From NCBI GenBank assembly GCA_013239625.1, contig MU054132.1:806001-870000 (forward strand): a stretch of DNA of 64,000 nt, written 5' to 3'. Positions 11,961-26,030 of the stretch are shown here, piece after piece. The position numbers and the translations under genes are program-made. This DNA comes from Lama guanicoe (Eukaryota). The notes under the pieces were generated by a model. That model was given only the letters and a program-made list of their open reading frames with translations. It was not told where the DNA came from and made no database searches. Each line of letters opens with the position of its first letter. Position 1 is the stretch's first letter.

Positions 11961-13609
11961 AACAAATTAGCCTCAGGGCGGTCCTAGCGGAGAAGGCCTG
12001 ACTCCCAGACCTGGCCAGGCAGCTCCTGTCCCTCATGTTCCTCCCTCCAGGCCCAGCGCAGGCCCTCCCTCACTGACTGACCCTGGGCAAGACACAGTCT
12101 CTTTCTGGGCCTCAGTTTCCCCATGGAAATTTCAGTGGAGGCTGGAACAGGATTCCTGCCATCCTGACCCTGCAGGGCTCTGGGATTCCCATGCTGGTGG
12201 CTCAGGCTTCCTCAGCAGGTGAGGATGTGCTCCCAGGCCCTGGAGCTCTGGCCTCAGGCAAACCTGGCTGAGGATGGGTACCACTCATCACATTTGTAGG
12301 GTGGGGGTTCCCTGTGCTCCCCCAAAGCACAAGGCTTGAAGGGTGAGAGATCTGGCGGTCGGTCCCTCCTCAACTTTTGTTCCTGTCCCTAAGGCTTTGC
12401 AAGCCAATGAAAACGGAGCCCTGAGAATAAAAGCCCCTTGTCCTGAGTCCTGAGCCCTAATCCTCTTACGTATCACCAGCGGAAAGCCGGAGCTGGTGGC
12501 AGAAGGGCTGCTCTGATTTCGCTGCCAGCCATCCCCCGTCCCACAGTCTGGTGCCAGCCCAGTCCCATCACAAAGGGCTGGTGCCCCGGCCAACTAACTG
12601 CACAGCTGAATGTAATTGCCACTCAGGCCTCTAAGGACAAAGGAATCAGACCGTGAGCTCTGGTGGGGGCTGGACAGCCCAGCAAAGTCTGAGCACACCA
12701 ACCCCACCCCCCACCCTGAAATCTACAGGCCAGTCCAGAGCCCCAAGTTAGTCCAGTGTGGCCTGGTTCAGGGGTCTCCTCCCTCCCCTGGGATCCCAGG
12801 CTGTTGTTCCTTGAATGATAAGCGGGGGGCAGGGGGGCCTCTACTGGGTAGTCACAGGGGCTCTCTGGGCTCACCCAGCCCTTTAGGAAGCAGAGACAGC
12901 CTGGCTCTCCGCTGGGGCTGACAGAACCCCAAAGAGGCGGGGGATGGGACTCCCCATCCGAGCAGTGGAGAAACAGGCACTTCCAACCAGGCCAGAAGCA
13001 CCACAGCACCAGGTGGCCACATCCTGCCCAATCCCCAGGAGGCTGGGCAAGGCTGTGCGGACTCTGAGGAGCCAAGAGGAGATCGGCAGGTGGCTGGGAT
13101 CGGGCCAAGGGAAACAACGACTTCACTGAGAAACCGGAAAATAAGCACCGTGCCCAAAGGACTGGTTTTTCAAATAGAAATTTCAAAATATCTTTCTCTA
13201 AAGGATTAATAAAAGCATAAAGATTCTGCCTGGGTAAAGATATTTGAACAAATAAATAGGAAAGTTAAGAGATAAGAAACACCAGTCTGAAAAAAAAACC
13301 TATAGAAACATCCTATTAAATATTGTGTATCCCTTTCTGCACACCTGTAAAAAAAGTAAAATACATAAAAAGAAAATCATATAGGGATGTGTGGCATTAT
13401 TGTAATTGTGTCCTTGGGAATAATATGACTAAGTTCATGTTTTTTCTTATAAAAAATGGACAGTTTTTATAAACCTAATAAACATCAAAAGCAGTGGAAA
13501 ATAAAAAAGAAGAAATACTGGTCTGAAGTGTGACGTCTTCAGTGAGTGGCTCTGTGAAAGAGTCACTTCCGAGCAGCGCACCCTCCTAACTTCACTGACA
13601 TTCAGATTC

Positions 13610-14052
13610 CTACTCAGCATAAAAAAGAAGGAAATCCTTCGAGAATGTGGATAGACCTAGAGGGTATTATGTGAAGTGAAATAAGCCAGACAGAGAAAGG
13701 CAAATAGCGCATGACCTCACTTATATGTGGAATCTGAAAAAACAAAGCAAAACAAAAAAACAAAACAAAACAGAAACAAGCTCACAGATACAGAGAACAA
13801 AGTGGTGGTTGTCGGGGGTTGTGGGGGATTGGGCGAAATAGGTGAGGGAGATGAAGAGGTACAAACTTCCAGTTATAAAATAAATAAGCTACAGGATGTA
13901 CTGTACAGCATAAAGTAGTCAATAATACTGTCACAGCTTTGTATGGTGACAGGTGGTTACTAGACTTATCGTGTAATGTATCTGAACATCAAATCACTGT
14001 TGTACACCTGAAACTAACATAATAGTGTATGTCTACTTAAATTAAAAAAGAA
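13610..14052 (+). mobile_element. L1 3' end (L1MA/MB-like)
   Basis: atagacctagagggtattatg...agccagacagagaaaggcaaata...tgtacacctgaaactaacataata, A tail. Confidence 0.8.
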
Positions 14053-17000
14053 AAACAGAGGAGCAATGCCTACATACATCTGAGGGTTGTCATGAGAATG
14101 AATCAAAATTATGCTCTTGAGTACTTTGCATGATACCCACCTCAGTGCCGCTAGTGTTAAGTTTATCAGTCACAATTCAATAAAGCTTGAGGCATCAAGA
14201 GTTACTGTAGAGGACTATGCTGGTCACCCAAGAGTCAAGCAGAAACTTTCCAAGTTTCCTTATCAAGCCCTTTGTTACCTACACACTCCTGTCTGCAAAC
14301 ATGCAAGAGAAGTCAAAATGTGATGCAGACCAGTGGCAGCTTCCACTGAACCCACAGGGAGGTCTGAAGCCACAATGGGCCACTGGGGTTGTCTGGCATG
14401 GGGCCAAGGTGGTCAGCTTTTTTTCCCCCAACTTGGATCAGTCACTGGATGTGGGCCACCATGGGACAGGGGTGACCTCGGGCAAGGTGGCTCTGTGCAG
14501 CTGGGAGGGGCGGGCTGCTGACCATACTCCTTCCTTGGGAGACATGGGCAGCGCAGTTCAGCTTGCTACATGGGCGGACATGGGGCTGGAGGGACCGGCA
14601 GGACCAGGCCATGTGGAGGGGAGGGCAGAGATGACAGGAACAGAGGCGAGGTGGTGGTTGCGGGGGAGATTGACCGGGAAACTCAGCCTGGAGCTAGACC
14701 CTGGCCAGCTGAAGCCGGAGCAGCATTGGGGAGCTGGGGCATGTGAGCTGGGCAACCTGCCACCTAAAGGCCGGCTAATGGGCTGGAAAGTTAACCAGCC
14801 ACCCAGGGAGCAGCTGCACAGCAGAAGCTCCCCAGTCTACAAAGCGCTGTACGTCCTCCGTCCTCCCCAGCATCGTGAGCTGCCTCCAGCACCACTAACC
14901 TCCACCTGGGGCCGACGTAGCCAGGGAGGAAGGGACACCAGGTGAAAGAGCCAGGCTCCGGGGCCGAGATGACTTAGGAAGGGCTCAGCTGGGGTGTGAG
15001 CGGCACACTCAGCAAATGGACATGTGGCACAGACACGAACAGTTAGTGCCCGTGAGGTTCTGGAGGACAGAATTGGGGCCCCAAGCAATCAGAACAAAAG
15101 AGAAATATGAAACTTGGTTCTCACAAGCCCCTTGTCCAGCATCTGGGCAAACTGAACAGACAGAACCAATACTTCCCTCAGGAAAACAACCTCAGGGACT
15201 GTATGGGTATCAGCTCAGAACGACTCAACAGAGGGATGTGTGATGCTGGTTGTGGCAACAAGGCAAGTCAGTGAAGCCCTCAGACCCAGGCAAGGAGGGC
15301 CCTGATGGTCCTCAGGGCCGAGGGACATGCCTGCTCAGGACCCACAGTCTCCCCTCCAGACCAGACTTGGTACCCAGGACTCCAGAATCTCTCATCCAAA
15401 TGGCCCCCAGCCTGCTTGCCCAGGAGGGTGTCTGAGAGGCTAAGGGGTATGAACAAAGCCGAGACACGTGGCCTGAGGTGTCCCCAGGCATGTTCCTAAA
15501 ATACCTTGCGTTGAAGGTGGAGCCAGGGCTAAGAGGGAAGAGGACCAGGATAGGGTGCAACTCTGAGTCCAAGAATTCTAAGTTCAAGCTTAGCTTTCCA
15601 AGTCACCGGAGAAGTATGAAGTTCAAAGCAGAGGTGTGCTCACTGAATGGTGAGCTTGAATCGTAACTTGGAAGCTTTCAGACACAAGTCTGCCCCAGCC
15701 CTGTGGATGCTGGGGTGGGCCTCGGGCAAGTGGTCCCTCTGGGTTCACACCTAGAGACAGAGACCCCCTTCTGGACCCACCATGATGTTCTGGGAAGAGC
15801 ACCTGGCATCAGCCATGAGAGCTGCCACATGAAGATGGCTGAAGGGATTGAAGACATTCAGCCAGGAGAAGATAAGGTTCAGGAACAGCATTCTGGTTGT
15901 CTTTTGATCCTGAAAAGACCATCGCAGGGAAAAAAAGACAGATTCATTCCAAGTGCTCACAGAGTAGAACGAGGACCAGGAGGTGACTCAGGGGAGAGAA
16001 ATGACCCACGTATCAAGAAGGCCGGAAAGGTGGTGGAAGCAAAACAGACAGGGACTGGACCATGGTGGGAGGGATTGAGAGCCTTCTCGCTGAAGGAATC
16101 CAGTGGTGCCCGCTCAGGATTTTCGAGGATTTCCCAGCAGTGACTCCAGCCACATTGTGAGGACAAGGACCAGCTGACCATGAAGTGTTCCCTACCTGAG
16201 AGACTCTCCGAGCGTGACCGATGGAAGGCATCCTGCAAAGCCTCTCACAGGCAAGGTCTCCCCTGGTCCTGCCATCCTGCTCAGAAAACACTTCCCATTT
16301 TCCAGGAAGGGTAAACTGAGGCCCAGAGCAGAGAATTCACAGCAGTACTTGGCTACCCAGCTTTCCCCACTGTGCTTCAGAGGGGACCTGCCTCTACTTC
16401 TGTCGGCCATATTCTCGTCTGCCTTCCTGTGGGGTTGGCAGGGTCTCTGGAGGGGTAGGGGGGCGTGACAATGCTCACATGGGCACATCTTCATGGATGC
16501 CAAAAGCCAGAATCCTGCGCCTGGTACTTGGCAGCGCCTGGGTGGCCACAGGAGCCAAAGGGAGATCTTTTTTCCTGTGGGAACTCATTCCAGTTGCCAG
16601 CAGAGTGAGGAACAGAGCTGTGTCCCTTGGCTTTCTGGTGGTTACTCTTGGCAACCTTGCCTAGCCTTGTTGGGCCTTGGGCAGGGACCCAGTCGACCCC
16701 AGGGTTTCTGTTTCTCCATCTGTAGAACAAGGGTGAACTTTTGCCCCGGCTGGCCACAGAGCTGGCTGGCTCAGGAAGCATGCCATCCTCCTTGAGAGGG
16801 CGAAGCAGCAACCAGAGCAAAGACAAGTGAGAAGCAGGGGCTGCCGCCTCCCAAGAGAGGCCCAATTAGGGCAGTAAGCGGTTCCCACCAGAGGCTCTGG
16901 CCAACCCTCAAAGCCGGCCGCGTGGGCAGGCAGCAGCAGGCTGTGTGATTAATGGTGGCAGCTCAGGCCGCCCACTGGGCCTGGCCTTAGGAGCTTCAAG

Positions 17001-17431
17001 TGAGCACGTTCGTGCCAAGGCGGAAGCAGGCCAGCTCCCTTTCTTCTGCAAGGAAGGGGTGAGAGGGAGCCTGTGTGAGAGCACCAGCTACGAGAGGGCA
17101 AAGCCAAACAAAGGGCCACACTTTTGAGACCTCCTGGGACCTCTGCACAGGCCTCCCTGGGGGCCCCAAAGACAGGCGTCTTGGGGATCCAGAGGTGGGT
17201 TCACTCCATGGGCCCCATTCAGTACACCTTGAGGATGGCTCAGGCCTATTCCAGGCCCCAGGGCCATGGATACCAACAAGAAACCACCCTGTTCTCAAGG
17301 AACCAGAGTCTACCATTCATTCATTCATTCATTTGTTCATTCTACAAAGACTCAGGCCTCCCTATCATGCCCCAGGGCCACAGTGGTGAATAAGATGGTC
17401 AGGATCTCTACTCTCAAAAAACGACATGAGA

Positions 17432-17570
17432 GGGGAGGGTATAGCTCAGTGGTAGAGTGCATGCCTAGCAGGCATGAGGTTCTTGGTTCAATTCCCAGTA
17501 TCTCAATTAAAAACAAACAAACAAACAAACCTAATTATCTCCTCCCATTAAAAAAAAACACTTAAAAAAA
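17432..17570 (+). mobile_element. tRNA-derived SINE (camelid Vic-1-like)
   Basis: ggggagggtatagctcagtggtagag A-box, ggttcaattcccag B-box, aacctaattatctcctccc and A tail. Confidence 0.85.
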
Positions 17571-17574
17571 CTAT

Positions 17575-17740
17575 ATGGAATACACACTACTATATATAAA
17601 TAGATAAACAACAAGGACCTACTACTGTACAGCACAGAGATCTATATTAAACATCTTGAAATAATGTATAGTAGGAAAGAATCTGAAAAAGAATATATTT
17701 ATGTATATGTATAATTGAATCACTCTGCTATATACAGAAA
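17575..17740 (+). mobile_element. L1 3'UTR fragment
   Basis: Similar to the 4845-5070 element: gataaacaacaaggacctac...gaatcactctgctata. Confidence 0.7.
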
Positions 17741-18364
17741 GGTCAAAACTAGAAGAATGAAACAATATACACTTTACAAGCACTAAAAAAACAGCTGATG
17801 TAACTATAGTACCATCAGACAAAGTAGCAAAAGCTGTAACAGATAAAGATGCTCACCTGATAATGCTAAAAAGTTTGAATTCACCGGGAAAATTTAACAA
17901 TTCTAAACTTGTATGCAAAAACTGATAACTGTAAGGAGGAAGAGATAAAGACACAATTACGATGGGAGATTTTTAACATGTCTCTCACAATCAATAGAAA
18001 AAGTCAGACCCAAAAGTCATTAGGATATAGAAGAGAGAACTGATTAGCTAACTTGACTTAACTGACATATGTAGAACACAGAACTCCAAACTACAGATAC
18101 TCTTCAAGCATACAGAAAACGTTGACAAAATATGATCATATATGATCAATAAAGCAAATATCAGCACATTTTAAAGGACTGAAATTATATGGAATATGTT
18201 CTATAGTTACAACACATTTCAGCTAGAACTCAATAACAATTACAAATCAGAAAATTCCTGTATGTTTGGAACATACTTCTAATAAGCAAAGGGTCAAAAG
18301 AAGAAACTAATGACAAAAATACTACATATTTATATACTAACTGAACCACTATATTCTCTCTCTC

Positions 18365-20870
18365 TTGTTTTTGAAATGAACCAACTTCTTGAAAGACATA
18401 ATCTGCCAAAACCTCACACAAGAGGAAATGGAAAATCTGAATCGGCCTGTATCTATTAAAGAAATTGAGTAAATAATTAACAACTTTCCGAAACAGAAAG
18501 CACCAGGCTCAGATGGGTTCACTGGCAAACACTACCAAACATTCAAGGATGAAATCATACCAACTTTCTACAATCTCTTTAAGAGGCTAGAAGCAGAGGG
18601 AATACTTCCTAACATATTCTCTGAGGTAGCATTACCCTAATACCAAAACCAGACATAGACATTACAAGAAAAGAAAACCACAGACCAGGATCTCTCATGA
18701 ACATCATGCAAAAATCCTCAACAAAATATCAGCAAATCAAATCCAACAGTGTATAAAGAGAATTAAACACTACAACCAAGTGGGATTTATCCCAGATATG
18801 CAAGGCTGATTCCACATTCAAAGATCAATTCATGTAAACTATCACACCTACACATTGAAAAACAAAAATCATATGGTCATATCAATAGATGCAGAAAAAG
18901 TATTTGACAGAATACAATACCCATTCATGATAAAAACTCTCAATAAACAAATAGAGGGGGACCTTCTCACCTTGATAAAGACCCTACAGCTAACATCTTA
19001 TGTAATGCTGAGAAATTTGAAACTTTCCTACTAAGATCAAGAACAAGGCAAGTATGTACCCTCTCATGACTCCTTTTCAACATTGTACTATAAGTCCTTG
19101 CTAATCAATAAGACAAGAAGAGGAAATAAAAGGTATGCAAATTGGGAAAGAAGACATGAAACTGTCTATTTGCAGATGACATGATGGTCAATGTAGAAAA
19201 TCTTAAAGAATCAACAAAAAAAAATCCTCTTGGAACTATTAAGTGGTTATAGCAAGTTTGCAGGACATAAGGTTAATACACAATCAATTGCTTTCCTAAA
19301 TATTTACAATAAACAAGTGGAATTTAAAATTAAAAATACAATGCTATCTACATTAACACCCCCTGTAAAAATGAAATACTCAAGTATAAATCTAACTAAA
19401 TATGTACAAGATCTAGATGAGGAAAACTATAAAACTTTGATGAATGAAATCAAAGAAGAACTAATTAAATGGATAGATTGTCCATGTTCATGGACAGGAA
19501 GACTCAATATTATCAAGATGTCAGTTCTTCACAACTTGCTCTATAGATGCAATGCAGTTATTTTATGGGAAGTTATTTTATGGATATTAGCAAACTGATT
19601 CTAAAGTTCATATGGAGAGGCAAAAGACCCAGAATAGCCAACACCATATTCACCAAGAAGTACCAAAGTTGGAGGACTGATGTGACTCAACTTCTTCTTC
19701 TATGAAAGAAATAATTGATAAGCTGAATTTCACTAAATGAAAATATTTTGCTCTGCAGCAGACAATATCAAAAAAGAAGACAAGACAGACTGAGAGAAAC
19801 CATTTGCAAAAGACACATCTAATAGAGGACTATTATCCAAAATATACAAAGAACTCTTAAAAACTCAATAATTTAAAAAATCTGATTAAAAAGTGAACCC
19901 CAAACTTTAACAGACACCTCATCAAAGATGTACATATAGCAAATAAGTATAGGAGAAGATGGACCATATCATGTGTCATCAGGGAAATGCAGATGAAAAC
20001 AACAATGAGATACCTCTGTTAGAATGGCCCAAATCCAGCACACTGACAACACCAAATGCGGACAGGATGTGGAGTAACAGGAACTCTGATACATCGCTAG
20101 TGGGAATGCAAAATTGTACAGTCACTTTGAAGACAGTTCAGTAGTTTCTTACAAAATTAAACATACTATAACCACATGACTCAGCAATCATACTCCTTGA
20201 AATTTACCCAAAGGAGTCAAAAAATATGTCCACATAAAAACCTGCACAACGATGTTTACAGCTTTATTCATAATTGCCAAAACCTGGAAGCAACCAAGAT
20301 GTTCTTCAGTAGGGGAATCAATAAATATACTGTTCATCCAGACGATGAAAATCTACTCAGTCCTAAAAGGAAATGAACTGTTCAGCCATGAAAAGACATG
20401 GAAGAAATCTCAATGCATATTACTGAGAGGAACCAATCTGAAAAGGCTATATATACTGAAAAGGCTAGAAGTCTATGACATTCTAGAAAAAGCAAACCTA
20501 CAGCGACAATAAAAGATCAGCAGGTTTTTTGGCGGGTTGATGAATAGGCAGAACACAGAAAATATTTAGGGCAGTGAAACTACTCTGTATGATATGATAA
20601 TGGTGGGTACATGTCATTATACATCTGTCCAAACTCACAGACCATACAACACCAAGAGTGAAGTCTAAGGTAAACTACAGACTTTGGGTGATTCTGACGT
20701 GTCAGTGCAGGTTATTGATGCGTCTTGGTAAAGAAATGTACCATTCTGGTGAGTGATGTTGCTAATAAGGGAGTCTATACATCTCTCTGGGCAGTATTTG
20801 TGAAATCTCTGTATCTTCCTCTAAATTTTGTTGTAAACCCAAAACTATTGTTTAAAAAATAGTCTTTAAA
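18365..20870 (+). mobile_element. L1MC-like element (ORF2 3' half plus 3'UTR) nested in the older L1
   Basis: ORF 19230-19598 gives L1 ORF2 text (SKFAGHKVN...ENYKTLMNEIKE...PCSWTGRLNIIKMSVL); L1MC-type 3'UTR acaccaagagtgaag...aaactacagactttgggtg. Confidence 0.85.
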
Positions 20871-21164
20871 AAAGACTACAGAGTAAAGCAAAACTTAAAG
20901 TAAAATTCATAGTCTTAATATGGGTAGACTAGAGGAAGGACTGAAAAATAATGAGCCAAGCATCTGTAAACAGGTCAGAAAGAAGAGCAAGATAAACCCA
21001 ATGAAAGTTAAAGAATGGAAATAATAAAAATAAAAGCAGGAAATAATGAAACAGAAAACACATATGCAACAGAATGATCAACAAAAGCCAAGAAGTAGTT
21101 TTTTTTTGAAAGGATTGATACAACTGATAAGCCTTTTGTGTGACTAATCAAGAAAAGAGAGGAA

Positions 21165-21352
21165 GGGGAGGGTATACCTCAAGTGGTAGAGCGCATGCTT
21201 AGCATGCAGGAGGTCCTGGGTTCAATCCCCAGTCCCTCCTCTAAGAACACATAAATAAATAAGCCTAATAACCTCCCTCCTTGCCAAAAAAAAAAATCTG
21301 TATTCATTGTGAGAAATAAAGAATAGTATTAAAAAAAATTTTTTTAAAAAGG
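21165..21352 (+). mobile_element. tRNA-derived SINE (Vic-1-like)
   Basis: ggggagggtatacctcaagtggtagagcgcatgcttagcatgcaggaggtcctgggttcaatccccag; approximate aagaaaagaga TSD. Confidence 0.85.
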
Positions 21353-21532
21353 AAGAAAAAAGAGAAGGCAGGAATAACCAATATCCAGAATATAAATGGG
21401 GCACAACTAGAGATCTTGAAATCTTAAAATTACAAGAGGATATTGAAACAGGATTATTCTAAAGATTTTTGACATTTTAGATGAAATGGACACATTTCTA
21501 GAAAAATACAAGTTCTCAAAAGTGACACAAAA

Positions 21533-21689
21533 GGGGGGAAGTTATAGCTCAGTGGTAGAGTGTGTGCTCAGCAAGCATGAGGTTGTGGGTTCAATCCCAG
21601 TACATCTATTTAAAAAGTGAATAAATAAATAAACTTAATTACCTCCCCCTAAAAAAAACTTTAAAAAAAAACCAGAGAAATTTTTTTTT
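21533..21689 (+). mobile_element. tRNA-derived SINE (Vic-1-like) with 13-bp TSD
   Basis: A and B boxes; aagtgacacaaaa at 21520-21532 and 21690-21702. Confidence 0.9.
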
Positions 21690-23236
21690 AAGTGACACAA
21701 AAATAGAAAACCTTAATCCTGTAACTGATAAGGAAGTTAAATCCATAACTAAGAAAACATTTCACTCCAGGCCCAGATGGCCTCACTGGTATCTGGTGAG
21801 AAAGAAATGATGCCAATATTAGACACTCTTTCTGAGAATATAAAAAGAGGTTATACTACCCAATACATTTTCTAAGGTTGACATAACCTTGATACCAAAC
21901 ACCTAACAAAGGTAGTATAAGAAAGGAAAGTTACAGGCCAACCTAACTTAGGAATGTATTTGAAAACTTTCTAAAAATACATGTTATCAAATTTAGCACA
22001 GCAATAAAGCGAAAGGTTAATGCATCCAACTAAGTTATATTTATTCCAAAACTGCAAGATTGGTTTAACATTTGAAAAATCAGTGTAACTTTATGTAGTA
22101 AGAGGATAAAAGAGGGAAATTACATGATTCTCTCAATAGATGCAGAAAAGCTTTTGATAAAATTTAACATCTATGGAGAGTAAAAACCCTTAGCAAACTA
22201 TGAATAGAAGGAAACTTCTTTAATTTGATAAACGGTATCTGCGAAAAAGCCTACAGCAAACATTGTTTTTAATGAAAGTTTGAAGGTGTTCTTTGCGAGA
22301 CAGGCAATGACACAAGGATGCCTGCTCTCATCGTATCTATTCATAGTGTGCTGAAAGGTCTTGGCTAGTGCGATAAACCCAGAAAGAGAATTAAAATGTA
22401 TTTAACGGTTGTAAAGGAAGAAAGAAAACTATCTTTATTTGCAGATTATATGATTATATACATACATAGAAAATCCAAAAGAATCTACATATAAATTATT
22501 ATCATGATCAGTGTTTATCAAGGTTGCTGAATATCAAATCAATGTTAAAAATGATTGTTTCTAATTAAAATATAATAGAAATAAGAAAATTTAAAACTCT
22601 GAAAAGATATCACTTGCAGTAGTATAGAGAGATAAGTTACCTAGAAAGAAATCTAACAAATATGTTTCATGCAGAAAACCATAGAACAATTTTTAGAGAA
22701 ATTCTAGAAGACCCAAATAAACTGAGAGATAGATCATGTTCATCGATTGGACAACTCAATATTGTAAAGGTCATTTCTCTCCAGACTGACCTACAGATTC
22801 CATCCAGTTCCAACTCAAGTCTCAAGGATTTTTTATATTCGTTTATGTTTGTTTCGCTGGAACCTGACAAGCTGGTACTAAAATGTATGTAGAAAGGCAA
22901 AGGGCTCAACATTGCCAAGACACTATTGAGAAATAAAATGGGAGGACTTGAACTAGTAGATATCAAAGTTTGCTATGAAGCTAGAAACACAGTGTGATTG
23001 TGTTGCAGAGGCAGACAAATAGACCAAAGGAATAAAATGAAGTTCTCAGAGACAGACCCATTCATATACATACATTTGAATAATGCAAAAGTGACACTTC
23101 AGCGCAGCGGAATGAGAAATGATAGCGTTTTCAATAAATGATGCTGGGCCAACTGGATATGCGTTTGGGAAAAAAAATGAAATTGGATCCCTACCTAGTG
23201 TCATTTACAAAAAATCAGTTCCAGGTAGATTATAGC

Positions 23237-23658
23237 CAGCAGTGAGCTGATGAATATTTAACAACTAGCTCCCCAGGGGGAACACTATCCCTGACTTTCA
23301 GTGTTTACTGAGTTTCATGTTATAAAAACTCCGACTATGGCTGATTCCAGGCAATCACTTTAAGGTCACTGAATGCAGAGTAGGGAAAAATGTGCAGCAG
23401 TGACCGCATGGATGGTATTTCCAAAATACAGACTCAACTGACATAAATCACCTCCAGAGCACAGATATGAGTAAAATAAGTAGGAAGTGATGAACTTTGA
23501 GTATTTCTTACCTTTGTTTGTAATACAATTTATTTAACTGTTAAGTTTATACAGGTTAATTTTTAATGATTGCTATATTTAACAACTGGCTTACAAAATA
23601 CATGAAAATTTAACAACTTCCTCATGAGCCGCTATGGGCCACTTCTAACACAACACTG
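23237..23658 (-). mobile_element. MER63-like hAT-Blackjack non-autonomous DNA transposon
   Basis: Degenerate TIRs cagcagtgagctga / ctaacacaacactg; internal taggaagtgatgaactttgagtatttcttacctttg and tttaacaactggc repeats. Confidence 0.75.
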
Positions 23659-23689
23659 ATTTTATACCTGAATGTGAAAGGCAAACAGA

Positions 23690-23851
23690 GTTTTTTTTTT
23701 TTAATATGGAATTATTGTTCAATTTTTTTTATTTAATTTTTTGAGGGGAAGGTAATTAAATTTGCTTATTTTAGAGGAGGTACTGGGGACTAAACACAGG
23801 GCCTTATGCATGCTAATCATGCGTTCTACCACTTGAGCTATACCCTCCGCC
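23690..23851 (-). mobile_element. tRNA-derived SINE (Vic-1-like), antisense
   Basis: Reverse complement of ggagggtatagctcaagtggtagaacgcatg, with T-rich tail on the left. Confidence 0.85.
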
Positions 23852-23967
23852 TGAATTTTTATAAGTTTAATATAAAAAAGATTATTTAGGAAAATATTTT
23901 TATGATCTCAAGATAGGAAACAATTTCTTTTCCTTTTTCTTTCCTTTTGTGGTTAGTTTTGTTGAGC

Positions 23968-24529
23968 TGTGTGCAGGAGAGTTAGCATGGCAGTCCCTCC
24001 TGAACATTCTATCCTCAGAAAGAGCTGCTTACAGCATTGGCCCTTGGCCAGCATCTGGAAACTGAGAGTTTTGGAAAGTTTCTCATTATTCCCTAAGTAG
24101 TAAGAGTTTGGGCACTTTTCACTGTGCCTAAACTGTTTCTGCAAACAGTGTGGTCGAAGCTGAACACCTGCTTTCTTTCTGGGAGACTGGAATTGTGGTA
24201 CTTGCTGAGCAGTGGGTGCTACACAGCCAGCCCCCAGCAAAAGCTCTCAGTCTCTTATGAACTTCCCCGACAGGCATCGTTTCAAATGTGTTGTCATGAC
24301 TGGAGGAATTAAGTGTGTCCCGTGTTGACTCCGCTGGGAGAGGACTCTTGGGAGCTTGCTCTTGGTTTTCTCCGGACTTCTCCCCGTGTGCCTTTTCTCT
24401 TTGCTGATTTTGCTTTGTATCCTTTCACTGCAGTAAGTCTTAGCTGTGAGTAAGACCACATGCCCAGTCCTGTCAGTCCTGCTAGTGAATCATTAAAGCT
24501 GGAAGTGATCTTGGGGGACTTCTGACACA
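23968..24529 (+). mobile_element. Solo LTR, MER21-like
   Basis: TG...CA ends; ctatcctcagaaag...cccttggc; ttgctttgtatcctttcactgcagtaagtcttagctgtgagta; gtgatcttgggggacttctgacaca. Confidence 0.75.
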
Positions 24530-24569
24530 AGATATAAAATTCACCTTTTTAAAGTGTATAGTTGGGCCA

Positions 24570-25240
24570 CCTCCTGCCCCAGGGCTGCAGGAGTTTGCTT
24601 TTACCCTCCCCCATCTGTGCTTGGAACTGGTGTCAGAAGGATTCGTCTTCTCCAAGAGGTTTTCAAAGCAAGGCTTGTAGTGGGGAGAGGCTTCCGGCCC
24701 CTTAGGGGCACACGGCTTTGCTACTACTCCTCTCCCAGAGGCAGTTCATCTTTCCTGGGCATGGGAACACGAGGGTTTCTAGCAGATTAAGGCTTTTGCT
24801 TTGACTGATAGAAGAGTCTGTACAGTAGGTGGGGTTTTGTTCCTGGGCACCAATAACTGGGGTGCTCTCAGGTCTCCTGACTCTCCGGTTTTTCTTGTGG
24901 GTGCCAGATTGAGGCTTGTGGAAAAGAGCTTGTGAATGACTGTGGACATTCCTTATGTCTGGAGCTCCCAGGAATTCTGAACTGTCAGGCTAGCTCACAC
25001 TCTGCCTTTATGAATCCATTAACATTTTAGCTGTCTTCTTTCCTGCTTTTATGGTGCTGCCTTTTCCTCCTGGGCTCTGCCATGGGTGAAGTTCATGTGT
25101 TCTGTGCATCTTTAAAGGGACCTGACACCCTCTGGAATTCAATTAAGTTGGGATTATGTAGGTTATCTGACTTTCTCTTGCTGTTAGGGTATGAGTGATG
25201 TTCTCACGTGACTTTCGGTATCCTAGGTGGGAGCAACTCT
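24570..25240 (-). mobile_element. Probable ancient L1 5' fragment, antisense
   Basis: ttgaggcttgtggaaaagagcttgtgaatg...ggagctcccaggaattctgaactgtcaggctagc; by eye only. Confidence 0.4.
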
Positions 25241-25679
25241 TCAGGAATGATTTTGTAACCAGAAAGGAAGCTTGATAAAGTTGACTACATAAAAATTAAC
25301 TTTAGTACTAACTTAATTAACATTATGAGTATGATATCGCAAGACACAGAGTGGGAGAGATATTTGCAACACATATGACCAATAAAAAGCTCATAAATGA
25401 GCTATATAAAGAATGCCTGTGAATCAATAATAAAAAGAAAATACAGTAGAGAAATGAGCTAAAGAGGTCAGCAGATGATTTGCCAAAGCAGAAATCTAGA
25501 TAATGAATAAACATATGAAAAAGAGTGCTTACACCAGAAATTGACACGACATTGTAAACTGACTATATTTCAGTAAAAAAGAACGCAAATAAAAGAGGTG
25601 CAATCTCATTAACTATTAGGGAATGCAAATTAAAATCACAATTACACACCAATACAAAGCCTACAAGAACGGCTAAAAG

Positions 25680-26030
25680 TCATGGATGGACTTGGAGGGA
25701 ATTATCCTAAGTGAAATAAGTCATACAGATACTTTATATCAGTTACCTGTGGAGGCTAAAAAATACAACAAACTAGTGAATACAACAAAAAGAAGTAGAC
25801 TCACAGACATAGAGAACAAACCGGTGGTTACCACTGGGAATGGGGAGGGGCAAGGCAGGGGCGGGGGTGTGGGAAGCACAAATTACTGAGTGTAAGACAG
25901 GCTCAAGGACGTACTGTACAACATGGGAATATAGCCAATATTTTGTAATGATTATAAATGGAAAGTAACCTTTAAAAATTGCATACAAATTTAAAGATAA
26001 AACATAAAATGTTTATTTAAAAAAGGAATC
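25680..26030 (+). mobile_element. L1 3' end insertion
   Basis: catggatggacttggagggaattatcctaagtgaaataag...gtacaacatgggaatatagccaatattttgtaa. Confidence 0.8.

Noticed and set aside
14217..14945. 242-aa plus-strand ORF
   Set aside because: No recognisable domain or promoter context; partly old LTR-like sequence
17432..17505. tRNA-like heads with A and B boxes (also at 21165, 21533, 23851 and a weak one near 53668)
   Set aside because: The four main copies have SINE tails or TSDs and diverged stems, so they are not tRNA genes; the 53668 match is too short to call
19230..19598. ORF with L1 ORF2 similarity
   Set aside because: Frameshifted fragment of a dead L1, not an intact or domesticated gene
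17575..25590. L1 fragment at 17575-17740 lacks its last ~60 nt, and a similar 60-nt end sits near 25530
   Set aside because: The DNA between them is an older L1 that cannot have inserted into a younger one, and the 60-nt piece has its own TSD-like flanks
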